A stretch of DNA of 64,000 nt from Lama glama (lineage: Eukaryota): positions 48,238,001-48,302,000 of the forward strand of contig CM052817.1 in assembly GCA_028534125.1 (NCBI GenBank), read 5' to 3'. The notes under the pieces are model-generated. The model worked only from the letters and a program-made list of their open reading frames with translations. It searched no databases and was not told the DNA's origin. A program made the position numbers and the translations under genes. Of the stretch, positions 1 to 12,428 are shown one piece after another; the stretch's first letter is position 1; each line of letters starts with the position of its first letter.

Positions 1-1714
1 CGGGATTTCAGCGGAGGCCCCGAGGAGGAAGAGGCCGGACACCGCAAGAGGTCCGCGTGGGCTCCGCCGCTCTGGGAAACCCAAGCTGCCCTTCAGGCAC
101 CAGCCCGTAAACACCTCACCGCGTTTCCTTCAAGCGCTCCAGTGTGTGGAATCATTGTTTCTTTTAAGAAGGCTTTTCCCTCGGCAATATTTGCCCAAGT
201 ATTTCCTCTGTACACAGTGTTTCTGAGCAATTAGAGTGAACAGGAGAGAGGAGGTCAGCAAAACGCAACCGGACACTTGTGTCCAGTGCTCAGAATAGCG
301 TGGCCCGGACTCGGCCCCTGCCTCCCCACCGGACAGGCTTTCATTCACTCCTTCTCGGCAGTTACGTTTTGACCATTGTCATCGTTAACAAATGTCCAGC
401 AGGCCCCATTTTTTCCCTTAGAATACCACCTCCTCCCACACACATAAATACATCATAGTAATATCCTCTAGTGAAAAACAGGTTTGAGTCTTGATGACTT
501 CAAGTCTGTAAAATGCTGAGATCCTGACCTCCAGACAGACAAAAGCCACCATTTCACCATTTCATCTCTCTTTTCAAAATACAGAGCAGAAGAAGGAAAA
601 AGAATAAGGTGGAGATGTTTTAGGGGCTTCTTCTTATCAATACAAACAATATAAAGACATCAATGATCTTTGTAAAATGAAGCAGGAATAACAGCAAGAA
701 CAGGATCACTAGAGACTATCACCTCATTCGACTGAGTTCTAAGAGAACCAAATTGCTAACTAAAAACTTGAAGATTTTAGAGGATCATATAAAGTAATTT
801 TATGTACGCTTTAGTTTATTTATACATTCATTTATTCACTCTTTCCTTTAACAAATATTTAGTGAATGTCTACTTTGTTCCAGACCCTGTCTTACTTTTT
901 CACTTTTATTTCCCTAAAAATAATCTTCCCATAAATTCCATGCATTTTCAACAATCCTCTCTCCCCCAGTGTCCGTCCGTAGACACGGAAATCTGTAGAC
1001 TTGTTCTTCCATCTGGACAGATGGAAGCACACTTCCTTTTGGACTTGGTTCTGAACGAAAGAGGAAAACCCCATGAAATATCATAATGGCTTTTAGTAAG
1101 AGCACTGATCAAACTTCAGAAACGGAGACCCACTTCAGCCAATATTGTCTTGCTGTACTTTGTGCTTCCTGAGTCGCTGGTTAGGTTTGATGTTAAGAAA
1201 AGGCCCCTCCTCCCGAAGTCAGAGTTGCCAAGGCTGGCTGGGGAGTCACCTAGTCTTGCAGAGCCAAGGTCTTATCTCAAAGGATAAGGTGGAGTTTGCT
1301 CTTTTTCCCCTATTGCAAAATATGAGAATATTAAGTAATCTGTTTATGTCACACAGACCCCAAATCTTAGCTGACTTGTTAAAGGATAAAATATCCGTAA
1401 GATTTCCTTCTGTTTGGAAGAGCTACCTAGGACTCCTTCTTGCCATCTCAACCTCAGCTCACCCAACAAAATTTGCCTGTTTCCTCTAAGGGTGTCTGAA
1501 GTGAAAACTTAGTTCCTCACCATCAGCATTTCTGGATCACTCTGGTAACATTCATTTGTCATCTACAGACCAATTCTGTGAAAATGCCTGGGCTGGGCCT
1601 GGAGCCTTTTGGTACAGAAACAAATGTGATATCTGAAACGACGTGAAAAATTTTAAATGTTTACCCACAGTCACCGTTCCATGCTAAAAATGTTAGCTTT
1701 AAAAAACACAGTAT

Positions 1715-1839
1715 GGGGGGAGGGTATAGTTCAAGTGGTAGAGCCCATATTTAGCATGCACAAGGTCCTGGGTTCAATCCAAGGTATCTTCTCTAAAAAT
1801 AAACAAATAAACCAAATTACACCCCTCCCCCAAAAAAAC
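1715..1839 (+). mobile_element. tRNA-Ala-derived SINE (Vic-1-like, camelid)
   Basis: GGGGAGGGTATAGTTCAAGTGGTAGAG...GGTCCTGGGTTCAATCC head with A/B boxes, AAAT-rich linker, C-tract and A tail. TSD core ACACAGTAT at 1706-1714 and 1840-1848. Confidence 0.9.
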
Positions 1840-1939
1840 ACACAGTATAAAGTAGCCAAAGAAAGAAGAGATGTTAAAAGCCTCTATTTTAAAGGTCAAA
1901 ACTGACACTTGGTTTTCTTTCTCAAGAGTATCTCCTTAA

Positions 1940-2247
1940 GATTCACAGACATAGAAAACAAACATGATTACTGGGGGACTAAGTTGGAAGGGAGGGATAA
2001 ATTGAGAGGCTGGTATTAGTAGATACAAACTACTATGTACAGAACAGATAAACAACAAGGTCCTACTATACAGCACAGGGAACTATATTCAGTGGCTTGC
2101 AGCAACCCATAATGAAAAAGAATATATATATATATATATGATTGTATGTATGTATATAATTGAAACACTATGCTGTACACCAGAAACTAATACACTGTAA
2201 ATCAACTATACTTCAATTAAAAACTGGGGAGACAAAAAGAAAAAAAG
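1940..2247 (+). mobile_element. LINE-1 3' UTR fragment (5'-truncated)
   Basis: CACAGACATAGAAAACAAAC...CAGCACAGGGAACTATATTC...ACTATACTTCAAT + A tail, similar to copies at 30178, 40811 and 53349; internal (TA)n. Confidence 0.88.
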
Positions 2248-3728
2248 GATTTCTTTAAGCCAGTAACACAAGTGCACATGACAAAGTATGTGAAAACAAG
2301 CTTTAGGTCTTTAAATATATCTCACGTGGATAAATTCATTATTTAAACAGAAGGTGACTCCTCTTCTGACTCACTCTCCTCTTAGTGAGTTTTGCAGCTG
2401 ATGGTTTTCTACTGAGTCTTTAGAATGTGGATTCAATGTCATGCCACCCACTGCGAGTAAAGCTGAACCAGGTGAACTGAAGGTGGGGTTGGCAATCTCA
2501 GCCTCTCCCCTCTCCTCAGAACCACAGCCTCAGGAAGAGCTGTGAGGGAGCATCTGGCCCTGGCCTCCAGGCTGAGCCGATCCAGTCACCCCATATTGAG
2601 TGACCTTAAGAAGAACTTTAAAGTATAAACATTTCAGAGTAACTAGAGTCACTGGAGGTCACCCCAATAATCATTTAATGGGAGTGCATCTTGTTTGTGC
2701 AAATTATTTTAAAAAACAAAGTTTTATCTTAAGTTTACTTTTGCCAAGGGTGCTGCAATATACTCCGACCATGTTTATCCAAGAAGCAACAGGAATAACT
2801 ACTTGGATAAAAGGAAATATGTTTGATAAAAGAAGTGTTAGGTGTTCCAGCTCCTTGCCCTTTGAATTTGATCCTTAAAATCGGAGCACCAATGCCTGCC
2901 ACAAATGTACCAGAAACTCAGCTATTTTGGAACAGAAATAAAAGCCTGCTCTCCCTCAAAGACACTCTTTTCTATGCAGTTGAAAACATGAGACAGACTC
3001 ATGTCCTTGAGGAAAACATTCCCACTCGAAATCCTGCTTAGAGTTCTTGACAGTCAAGTCATCTGTTTCTTCATTCTCAACCACTGGGACCATGGATAGA
3101 TAAAGCCATCACACCCATCTCCATTTCAACTTCTTTACACTTTCACCTGGAGTAACTGTAAAATGTAAGTGCTCCCACCCCTACCGGGGGAAGCAAGGTG
3201 AGGATATGGGAGAGTCAGAGGGGAGGGCCCTGACAACAGTTTCACGACTTGCACTACAAGGAGGCCATACTGTTGGATCACCTCCACAAAACAACGAGAC
3301 CACGAGCAACCATCCTCCACCAGCAGCCATGTCTTGTAAGACATGTGATTAATCCAAGCTCCAATCGACATGAAAGATAATCGTTCAAACACAGTCTTAA
3401 CCAGAAGAGAAAACACACAAAATTCACGCGGCAAGTTGAATCCTCACAAAGCCAAACAATTTTACAGATGTTTCCGCCACCTTTTGTCTTTTGTTTCTCC
3501 ATAAAGAAACCTGACTCCAGGGTTCTGTGCTGTTCATTACGCTGCTGACTTAATTTTGTACTTGAAAATCAAGTGGGAAACTTCAGGAAATACACTTCTT
3601 AGTCAAAGCCCTAAGAAATCCATGTATAATATTCTATTTTAATAGACTGCTGTCAATCCTACAGACCTTACAAACTCAAGAACGATTTACATCTCCTGTG
3701 AAGTTAGCTAGAAGGCTATTCACAAGGA

Positions 3729-3757
3729 ACACACACACACATACACACTCACACACA
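3729..3757. repeat. Imperfect (CA)n microsatellite
   Basis: acacacacacacatacacactcacacaca. Confidence 0.85.
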
Positions 3758-5265
3758 GAGTACATCTCATCCCCAAGCTTTCTCACTGATTTTTCTACCT
3801 TAACTGTCCTGAAATTATAGGGTATTTGCTCAATCCTACATTAATTCTTATCTTCATATGCTATAAGATTCTTATCTCCTTTTTGACACTGGGACAGTGA
3901 CAGAGTCACCTCAATGGAGGTTTAACATCACGGGTTACAAGACTCTTAAGACAAAAGTTTTATTATTTTGCTTTCACTAACTTGGCATTTCCCCACAGTC
4001 ATGTTGTAAAAGTGCAAGGAACCCATAAAACAATATGAAAGAAAATATTGTGGTTTCCTTTTTCCTAAGAAATGCAGGCATCAAATTCTTATTAGTCAGT
4101 CTCAAGCGCACACATGCAGGAAAGAGGGAGGAGGGAGGTGCAGGGAGAGACCAGCCTTCCAACACGACATGGTCTGAAGAAACTTACTAAGGAAACCTTT
4201 CGGCCACATTACCCCAACTATTCCAGGTGCCAGAGGAGCACCCCTTGCCTGGGACCTGGCTGAAGTGTCACCCTAGAACACACAGGACCCAGCCTCTTTT
4301 ACCTGAGCCCACCCCCTCCCCAGTCCCAGTCTCTAGTAGACATTAAATACTTACTGAATGGTACCAATCTGACTAGAGTGTCCAAAACACATATGAACTC
4401 TTCCTCGGGTGATTTTACAGGGCAGAATTTATGACACGGTTCCCCAGCAAGGTTCACTGAACTCTATGAGTACTGTCTAGAACCTTGATTACTTTTCAAA
4501 CTGTCATTATGAAAATTAGTGACACCTGGTATATCTGTGATGCCTTCACATACTTACTTTAATAAATATTAATTAAGCCCTACCTTCTCACTATCAATTA
4601 ATCATTGCTAAGTCAAGAGAAGAGAGAAGGAAAGGCACGCTGAAAGCACCCAGCACCAGCTGAAATTTAACTCTTACCTGGTTTGTAGCTGGCACTGGGC
4701 AACATGAGCAAAAGAGGTCCTGGAGGTTTTTTAAGGAAGAAATGCTTGCCCATCTTTTCCTAACTGAGATGCAGCCATAATTACCACTCTTTATATCCTC
4801 AGCTTAGACCCATGTTTCCTGCAGCAATGGTATCATTCTCCCTCCATAACATCTGTTTCTCTACCCCGCAGGCAACAAGGAAAAATTTTAGAAGATACTG
4901 CCAAATACATTTATATAAATCTAGCAGCTTCCTTGAATTAGTCATTGGAAGGTGGTTAATACTATCAGGCAAAAATATTTAGTTTTGATGGAGAGGCACA
5001 GCTGACATAGGCACCTGCTTTAAAGTAAGACCCCTGTTTTTTGGATGTTGTTAGTCAGGCAGGACCACCCTGATTCAGACACTGATGGGCCAGTACAGTT
5101 CTCAAGAATTACTTTCTGTGTTGAAGCAAAATGTGGAGATTAAGGAAGCTCCACAGAAAACCGTGGGTTTCCAACTTCAAAAATACAAGCTACGTGCCAT
5201 GCATGCACGCTATTACAAAGACATAGGTATGTACGTATACGCTTCCCCAGACCCGTCAGGCTCAC

Positions 5266-5338
5266 CTTCTACTTCTTCTTCATCACACACATGCTTAAGG
5301 AAGGAAGCACCTCTGTCCAGGACAGCTTCATCCTCCAT
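5266..5338 (-). CDS. SLC4A4: SLC4A4 (NBCe1-B/C) first coding exon, codons 1-24 plus first base of codon 25
   Basis: Translates to [24 protein letters not shown](G), the N-terminus I recognise for pancreatic/brain-type NBCe1. The exon is 5266-5339 with 1 nt of UTR. Acceptor: polypyrimidine tract + TATAG|G ATG (AG at 5341-5340). Donor: GAAG|GTGAG (5265-5261), phase 1. Confidence 0.97.
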
Positions 5339-5790
5339 CCTATAGTAATAAAAAAGAAAAAAAGAATGCTCAGACTTCTCCTGGAGTGAGCCACCGGATG
5401 CTGCCCAGCTTCTGGGCAGGTGAACCTGTAAGCCGCTGTTCATGTCAACGGGGCAGAGTCCCTCCGCCTTGGGTGTCTGCTGCTCCTTCGCTCCTTCAGC
5501 TCCTCTCAGCTGGTGCTGGAGAATATGCCGGTCCCACATAGCTTCGGTCCTAACCTTGAGAGGGCACCCACGGGGACAGGTGAGGGAAAATCATCTCAGT
5601 CCTCCAGGCTGGATGCCGGGGGTTCTCTCCTTTGGGATTTGCACCCAAAAAAAAAAAAAAAAGATGAAAGGAGAAAAAAATACCAAGAGAGGAAGTTTGG
5701 TGTGCCTGGAGTACTCGTGATGATCGTTTGTGGAAATCCAGCTTCGGTGCTCAGCTCTTTAAACACCCACTGCATAAAAATGTATACCCT

Positions 5791-5835
5791 CACACACACA
5801 CACACGCACGCACACACGCACACCCACCCACACAC
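5791..5835. repeat. Imperfect (CA/CG)n purine-pyrimidine microsatellite
   Basis: cacacacacacacacgcacgcacacacgcacacccacccacacac, ~450 bp upstream of the first coding exon in gene orientation. Confidence 0.9.
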
Positions 5836-6669
5836 GGAGAGCGACGGGGAGTTAGGCTAGTGCACAGTGGGAGCCTAGCTTCCAGCCAGCCTCTTAATAC
5901 CAGCACAGCCCAGTATTCTCTGTTGAGTGGCAAGCTTTGAGTCACATGTTGGCCTTACGGAAATCTGACATCTGAGGATTATCCAGCAACCCGGCGTCGG
6001 CAACGGTCACATATATATGCCACTCATTCATTCATTTTCCACATTCTTATCACATGTCTCTCTCTGTGTATAGCTGTCCTGTTAACTCTTCCCCAAGGGG
6101 CACAAAGTTCCTCATTTTGTAGCCACGTTATGCTGTCCTCCTGTCTCCTTACATAATAGGATCTCCTCTGCAATTTCATATGCTAAATAAGACCTCAGAA
6201 TCCATCCAAGTAATGACAGCGTTTTCACAGCCTCCCGATGCCAAACGTGTTTCTACTTTATAGAATGAGTTAAGGTTTATTTCCATATTCTGTGACTCCT
6301 TTTCATTGCACTAACTTTGACATACAGAATTCCATGAACTCTATTTATAGTGAAAGCAGAAAGAAATCCCAAATTGCTCAAATGCTGCTTGTGTCCTACG
6401 GATCTAGAAACAAAGAACTTTCTCTGAGGACAGCTGCTCTATGTCATACCGTACATGAGCTCTGCCAGAGAACCAAATGTTCACTCTGTATTCTGTTCAT
6501 CCAATTATATGCTCAGGCATTGAATCCTGTAGGTCTGCTCTCCATATTGTCTCTGTAGCATACTCTTGTGCTTCCCGTATTTGTTATCATCTATGTGGAG
6601 AAGCACTGAATTCACATTTCCCTCCTTTCTATTTTAGGAGTATTTCCATCTCACAAAGCAACCATCTGA

Positions 6670-6910
6670 GCTTAAAAAGTCAGAAATTTGGTGTCAGAGA
6701 GACCCGGGTTTAAAAAACCTAGCCCTTACCACTTAGTATTTTATTACCTGGAGCAAAGTATCCAACATTGCTGAGCCTCAGTTTTTCCATCTATAAAATT
6801 GGGGGTCAGAATATCAGCCCGGCAGGATTGCTTTGCAATTCAAATTAGGTGACAGATGTGAGAGCACTCAGTTTTGTGCCTCGCACCTGTTACGTGTTTA
6901 ATAAAGGTAT
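6670..6910 (+). mobile_element. MIR SINE
   Basis: Core CTGAGCCTCAGTTTTTCCATCTATAAAATTGGGG with flanking MIR-like head and tail. Confidence 0.85.
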
Positions 6911-7194
6911 GTTTCCGTCCATCCTTCTCTTTCTTTTCCCTTGACTTTACCGGTGGATAATGCCATGAAGAAACTTACAGAATATCTTATTTCAGGGGTA
7001 TGGGCCTTATACACGAAAGTGCATCCTGATATATGTCTTTTTCCTTCTCTACACTCTAACTAAAACTATAAAACTAAATGCAAACAGGATATGGCTCAGC
7101 TGTCAGGATCATAGCAAAAAGCAAATGCCTCGAAGACTTGAGAAGTCAAGTCAGTTATCAGCCGCTCTGAGCTTCTGGTTCCCGTGAAGATTAA

Positions 7195-8240
7195 ATGATC
7201 CAGCATATTTGCTGATCCAGCAAACATTTATGTAGTGTCTGCTACGTCCCTGGCCCTCTTCAGAGGGAGGGGAATACATCTGTGAATAAGGCAGACAAAA
7301 CTGCCCAGAAACAAATCATAAATAGATGAACAAGGTGATCCTAGAGAGCACGGAGCGCTCTGCCGAAGAGGATAATAAGGCAGGGGCTACTTAGCATGAG
7401 ATGGTTCAGAGGCAGCTTCTGAGGAGTTGACATTTGAGCAGAGGCAAAAATGATGGCAAGGAATTAGACATCTGAAGATCTGGGGGCAGGACATTCCAAA
7501 TAAGGAGAACAGCAAGTGCAAAGGCCCTAAGGTGGGAAGAAGGTTAGCACGTTCCAGGAACAGAGCGAGGTCAGTGAGGCTGGACAGAGAGACGGACGGT
7601 CAATGGGAGGTGACGATACTGGAAGCCATCAGGTTCCTGCAGGACACAGCGAAAGTGCTACGGCAGCCCCGGAAGAGTTTTAAGACGGAAAGTGACTTGA
7701 GCTGTTTCGCCTTTTAAAGGATCACTCTGGCTGCTATGTGAGAAATGCATAGTCAGGAGACAAAAGAAACTAGGAAACTATCTCAGGAGCCTGGGGGAAC
7801 TGTGGAGAAACAGGTGTATGGGGAGGAATCAAGAGTTCTTTTCTGGCCACTTTATGGTTGAAATACTTACTATACATGAAAGAGAAACTGTCAGGCACAC
7901 CACTATATGTCTAAGTCTAGAGCTCAGGAGCCCAGGGCTGGAGATAAGAATTGGGGAAATCGATGAATAAGGCTGGTATCTGAAGCTATTACCAGATGAA
8001 ATCATCCAGGAAGAAAACGGAGAAATAGAGGCGTTGACCTAAGACCAAGTGCCGGCATGCCAACACTGACACGCAGAGCAGAGGAACAAAAGCAGTCCAT
8101 GAGGTGAGAGGAAAACCGGAAAAGAGTGATGTCAGGGAAGCTAAGAAAGGAAGAGCGTGCGGCTACCAAGAGGCTGAGAAAGATGGAAACAGAGAAGAAC
8201 TTGGGTTTGGCGACATGGAGGTTGTTGGTGATGACAATCA
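7195..8240 (-). mobile_element. LINE-2 (L2a-like) fragment
   Basis: CAGCAAACATTTAT..., GAGAACAGCAAGTGCAAAGGCCCTAAGGTGGGAAG and AAGGATCACTCTGGCTGCT are typical reverse-strand L2 motifs. Confidence 0.85.
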
Positions 8241-11200
8241 AAGCACCTGAAACAAACCTCCACCCATTCACTCATTCAGTAAATACTTGCTGGGTATCTA
8301 CTGGGTGCCAGGCACCCTGCTGGCACTGGAGATCCAGTGCTGAGCAAGACAGACAAAGGCTCTGGTGTAATCACATCTGCCTTCTCCGTCCAAGGGGCAA
8401 GAACCCCTCAGTAATACAGCCCTTGTGGACCTAGATGAGTACGACAGCTTAACATGGAAATTCCTTCAAAGACCTCGGAAACACAGCAAAGCCTGGAGCC
8501 TGGACTACTGCATGGACACTCGGTAAACTGTCTTCCCTTCGGGAAACAAAGAGTAGTTTAGCCCACATTTTTTCTCAGAACAAATGCTTTCCAGTCCTAT
8601 CGACCTACAGAATCCAACACCAATTCCTGCAGAACATCATTTCTGCACCCCACCACGAATCAAGCTGGTCCCAAAGTGGTCTACTGACTTTCCACACATT
8701 CCCTAAATAAAATGTGCAGCCTCTGCACCTAAGCCCTTCCCCAAATCGCACGCAACAAACAATCAAAGCAGAAGTAAAGGAAGAAAGCAGGAGCAACTGA
8801 ACGACCGCACAAATATTACAGCCCAGAGCCCGCTTCCTAGATGGAGAAAGCCACCCAGCGTAACTGAAGCACTGTCTGCGTCAGAGTGTGAATAACGCCG
8901 GGGGCATTCCTTGGCTCTTCAGTGCATATTTCACATTCCCTCCAAGACTATACATAGCAAGTAATGAGAAACCTAGTTCTTTCTGATGGACAATGCAGAG
9001 CGTCTGTCAGCAGCCTCTTCCCCTGCAGAAAGTGAGAAAGAAAATGCAAACTGAAGATACAAAGCCTGCATGCCCAGCGCAGCCCTGTCCGGAGAGCAAG
9101 TCCGGCCTGGCACCTCTAGGCTCCGGCGCCAGGCACAGGGGCTTCCCGGCGCTTCTTCCTCTTGACTCCGCAAGCGTCGGTTATTTGCGTTTGTGTCCCC
9201 CTCCCCCAGACCTTCTCAGCGGCTACTTGCTATTATTAGTAAGACAGAGATATCTTTTAAAATGACCGTCTGACCCCACCAGTTTTCCCCTTTATCAGTA
9301 GGAAGGAATGAACTCATCGAGTCCTTAGTCAGGTCCCCAGATCCATTCTAAAAAGTTCCTTTCACACGAGCTGCAGAAAACAAAGAAGGGAAGGCGCAGG
9401 CTTCTAAGCAGCTCCCTAGGCTGTGCACAGCGCCAGCGGGAGGCAAAGTTCAGAATAGACTTGGAAGCTTCTCACCAGCATCACGGGGATAAGGGTCATA
9501 CCAGTCAGTGTAAAACCCACACGGGGCCCATGCTGCCTTCCCTCAGCAGGGCCTCCGACAGGAGAAGTTAGACCCCTTCCTCGGAAGCCCCACCCAACCT
9601 GGGACTTCTCTTATCTTCCGTTATTCTAGGACACGAAAGTGATTTCACTGTAACACATGTCAAATCTGCTGCCAAATGGACCGGCTCTCACCGGCCGGTC
9701 CTAATCACCGCACAGGCTTGTAAGGGTGACTTAAGCCCGGCACGAGAAACATTTGTGCAAAACTGCCAGCCATTGGGCCTCGGGCACCCATCGACATTCC
9801 ACCCCTCTGAGTTCCCACCCCCCAGAGCCCTCGCCAACTGCCAACGTGCTCACCAGCTAGTCCACACAGCGCCAGCAGCTGCCACCCAGCCAGTCAGCAA
9901 GTGGCAGGCCGCCAGCACACAAGTTTCAGAATGCAAGCCTGCCCATCACAGTGCTGCTAAAGGTTGAAGGTCTTTGGTGTGCTAGCCTTTAGATTCGCCT
10001 CACTTGCCCTCCCCCTTCCCTTCTCCCATCCCGCCCCTCTCCTGCCTCCCACGGTAGCATTACACTCGTCTCTATAGCAACAGCATCTGGTTTCAGGGTT
10101 ATAACTAATGCAGAGCAGTTCTCCTCCTAACCTAAGGCTTTTGCCAAAGGATGCACTAGCAGCAAAAAGGCTGCTGCCTAAGGTGAAGCCACGTGTTCCC
10201 TTGTCACCCCAGGACCACGACTGTGTTCTGAGCTGCACAATCACGGCAGCAGCCGCACTCAAACCCCTCCCCAACCTTGGCACCCTGGTCTGTGCATAGA
10301 GGATCCACTCAGGGCTTACAGCCCCACTCCCAGGGCCAACCCTCTCTCCACACCCTGCTCTCCAGCTAAAGAGGATGTGTGTAGATTGAATGAGTAGTGG
10401 GGCTTTCTGACTAATTCCAAAAAGGCACCAGGTAATGGCACCCCGGGGAGCAGAATAGCTCCAGCTGTTAGCAAGTCCATACCTGAGTCTGACACCGCTG
10501 GTTCTTTCCGTGCACATAGCTTAAAGTTTGCTCGTTAACCTCAAATTCAAACTCACCTCCTTTATCCTCACTAGCTTGATCTGTTTACAACAGCCAGTGA
10601 ACCCCATATTCCTCACGTTATAACAGCTTTCCTGTGCACAGCAAATGTTTAAACAGTCCTTTACACACATGCCCTCACAAACCGAAGTCATGCGCGCAGG
10701 GGAGTGGACAAATACCAGGAAGCGAAGGGTTGGATCATTACTATTAGCTGTTGCTGCCATGAAAATTATATTTACACTGTGCATAAGGGCTTTTACTGGA
10801 GGACTAAAAGGTGTTAATCTCAGGTCTCTGAGCTCAAATGCAGGCTGTCCCTGCTACTCAGCTGGTCATAGATCAGACGGGAGGTAAAAATCAGTATTCT
10901 CCTGGCCCTTTTCCAGGAGCCACACAGAATTCAACAATCAGTACTGATATCTAAAACTGTACACTCACACACACATCTCCAAATTCTATTTCCTATTCAA
11001 ATCATTTCTAAGAAGTCAGGAACCATTTTCATTACAAATCACTTGCAAATGTAATGTTTTCTTTCAAACTTTTTAAACCACACAGTGTTCTATTGGTGCC
11101 TTTGTTGTTTTGGAAAATCTGTGGTCCACATTTTCAACAGACACATCAAGCAAGAACAGTATCTGTTCTCCAAACCACAGGCGACAGGGGAGAGCAGTCG

Positions 11201-11696
11201 CAGAGGCTGCAAAGAGCACTGCCATCTTTTGGCAACATGTGTTCACTACAGGGAAGCGGAGGGCAAGGGCGGAGGGCAAGCCGCAACTACTCCTTTCCTC
11301 ACTGCAATGTCCCCATGCGGAGAGGGCCTTTCAGTCCCACAGGGAGGAAGAGAGAAGGACACAGTTGGCAGCTTAACCGTGGAGACTGCTGGAGCTCCGA
11401 ATCTCCATGCTGGGGAAAAGAAACATCAGTGTGGCAAACCCGACAAGCCTGACTCACGGCAGAGGGGAGTCCCAGAGATCAGGCGGCAACACAGCAAAGC
11501 AAACGCCCTGCGCAGAGCTCAGGCGCGCCCCAGTCAGCCTGGCGATTCACACAGGCCCGGGGCCAGGGAGACGTGGGGGCGAGCCCCGCGCCACATCACA
11601 CCGCAGACTGCATAAAAGGTGAAAATGGAATCCGGAGCAGGGTCAGGCCAAACATAATTCTGGTCTGGATTTACAAACTGCATTAAAAGTTCATTT

Positions 11697-12428
11697 GTGC
11701 TCTTGGGCATTTATCCCAGAGAAATGAAAACTTCTGTTCGCACAAAATCCTGTACAGGAATGTTCACAGCAGCTTTCTCTGTAATGGCCAAAGACCAGAA
11801 TTCGCCCAGATGGCTTTCAACAGGTGAATGGTTAAACCAGCTGGTACACCCATACCATGCAGTATTGCTTAGCAATAAAAAGGAACAAACTATTGACAAA
11901 CAAAACAAACTGAATGAATCTCCAAGGGATTATGCTATTTAAAAAGGCTGATCCCAAGAGGCTACATACCATATGGTTCCATTTATATGACATTTTTGAA
12001 ATGACAAAATTTTAGATGTGATGGACAGACTAGTAGTGGCCAGAGTGTAGAGAAGGCAGAGGCGTGGCGGGAGGAGGTTGCAGTGGGGTGTTCATGGTTA
12101 TAAAAGGGCAACATGAGGGACCCTTGTGGAGTTGGCCCTGTTCAGCATCTTCCCTGTGGTGATGGGTATATGAACTCACACAGGTGATAAAATTGTATAG
12201 AACTTAAAACACACACGGAGAGAAATGAGTACAAATAAAACTGAAGAAATCTGATTAAGTTCAGTGGATCATGTCAGTGCCAAAATCCTAGTTGCAATAT
12301 TGTACTAAAGTTTTGTAAAATGTTAACAGTGGGGAATAGCAGCAGTGTACATGTGATCTCTCTATGTTATTTCTCAAATACACATGTGAGTCTACAATTA
12401 CTTCAATAAAAATTTCCATTTTAAAAAG
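11697..12428 (+). mobile_element. Old LINE-1 (L1MB/L1MC-like) ORF2 end and 3' UTR
   Basis: Translates to LLGIYPREMKTSVRTKSCTGMFTAAFSVMAK (L1 ORF2 C-terminus); ends in AATAAA with an A-rich tail. Confidence 0.88.

Larger units (their letters stand above)
1..5265 (-). other. SLC4A4: SLC4A4 intron 2 (partial, continues beyond window start)
   Basis: Begins at the GTGAG donor. The expected next exon (HHTIYIGVHVPK...) is not present in 1-5265. Confidence 0.88.

Noticed and set aside
5213..5265. ORF continuation [16 protein letters not shown] after codon 25
   Set aside because: Read-through past a consensus GTGAG donor; known NBCe1 continues GHHTIY from the next exon.
1..5265. Kidney-type NBCe1-A first exon (MSTENVEGK...) or exon 3
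   Set aside because: Neither peptide appears in the ORF track or in my reading; they should lie beyond the window start.
9957..10517. 186-aa minus-strand ORF in intron 1 (also 176 aa at 11085 and 188 aa at 24824)
   Set aside because: No recognisable homology or exon boundaries; these lie in locally GC-richer intron.
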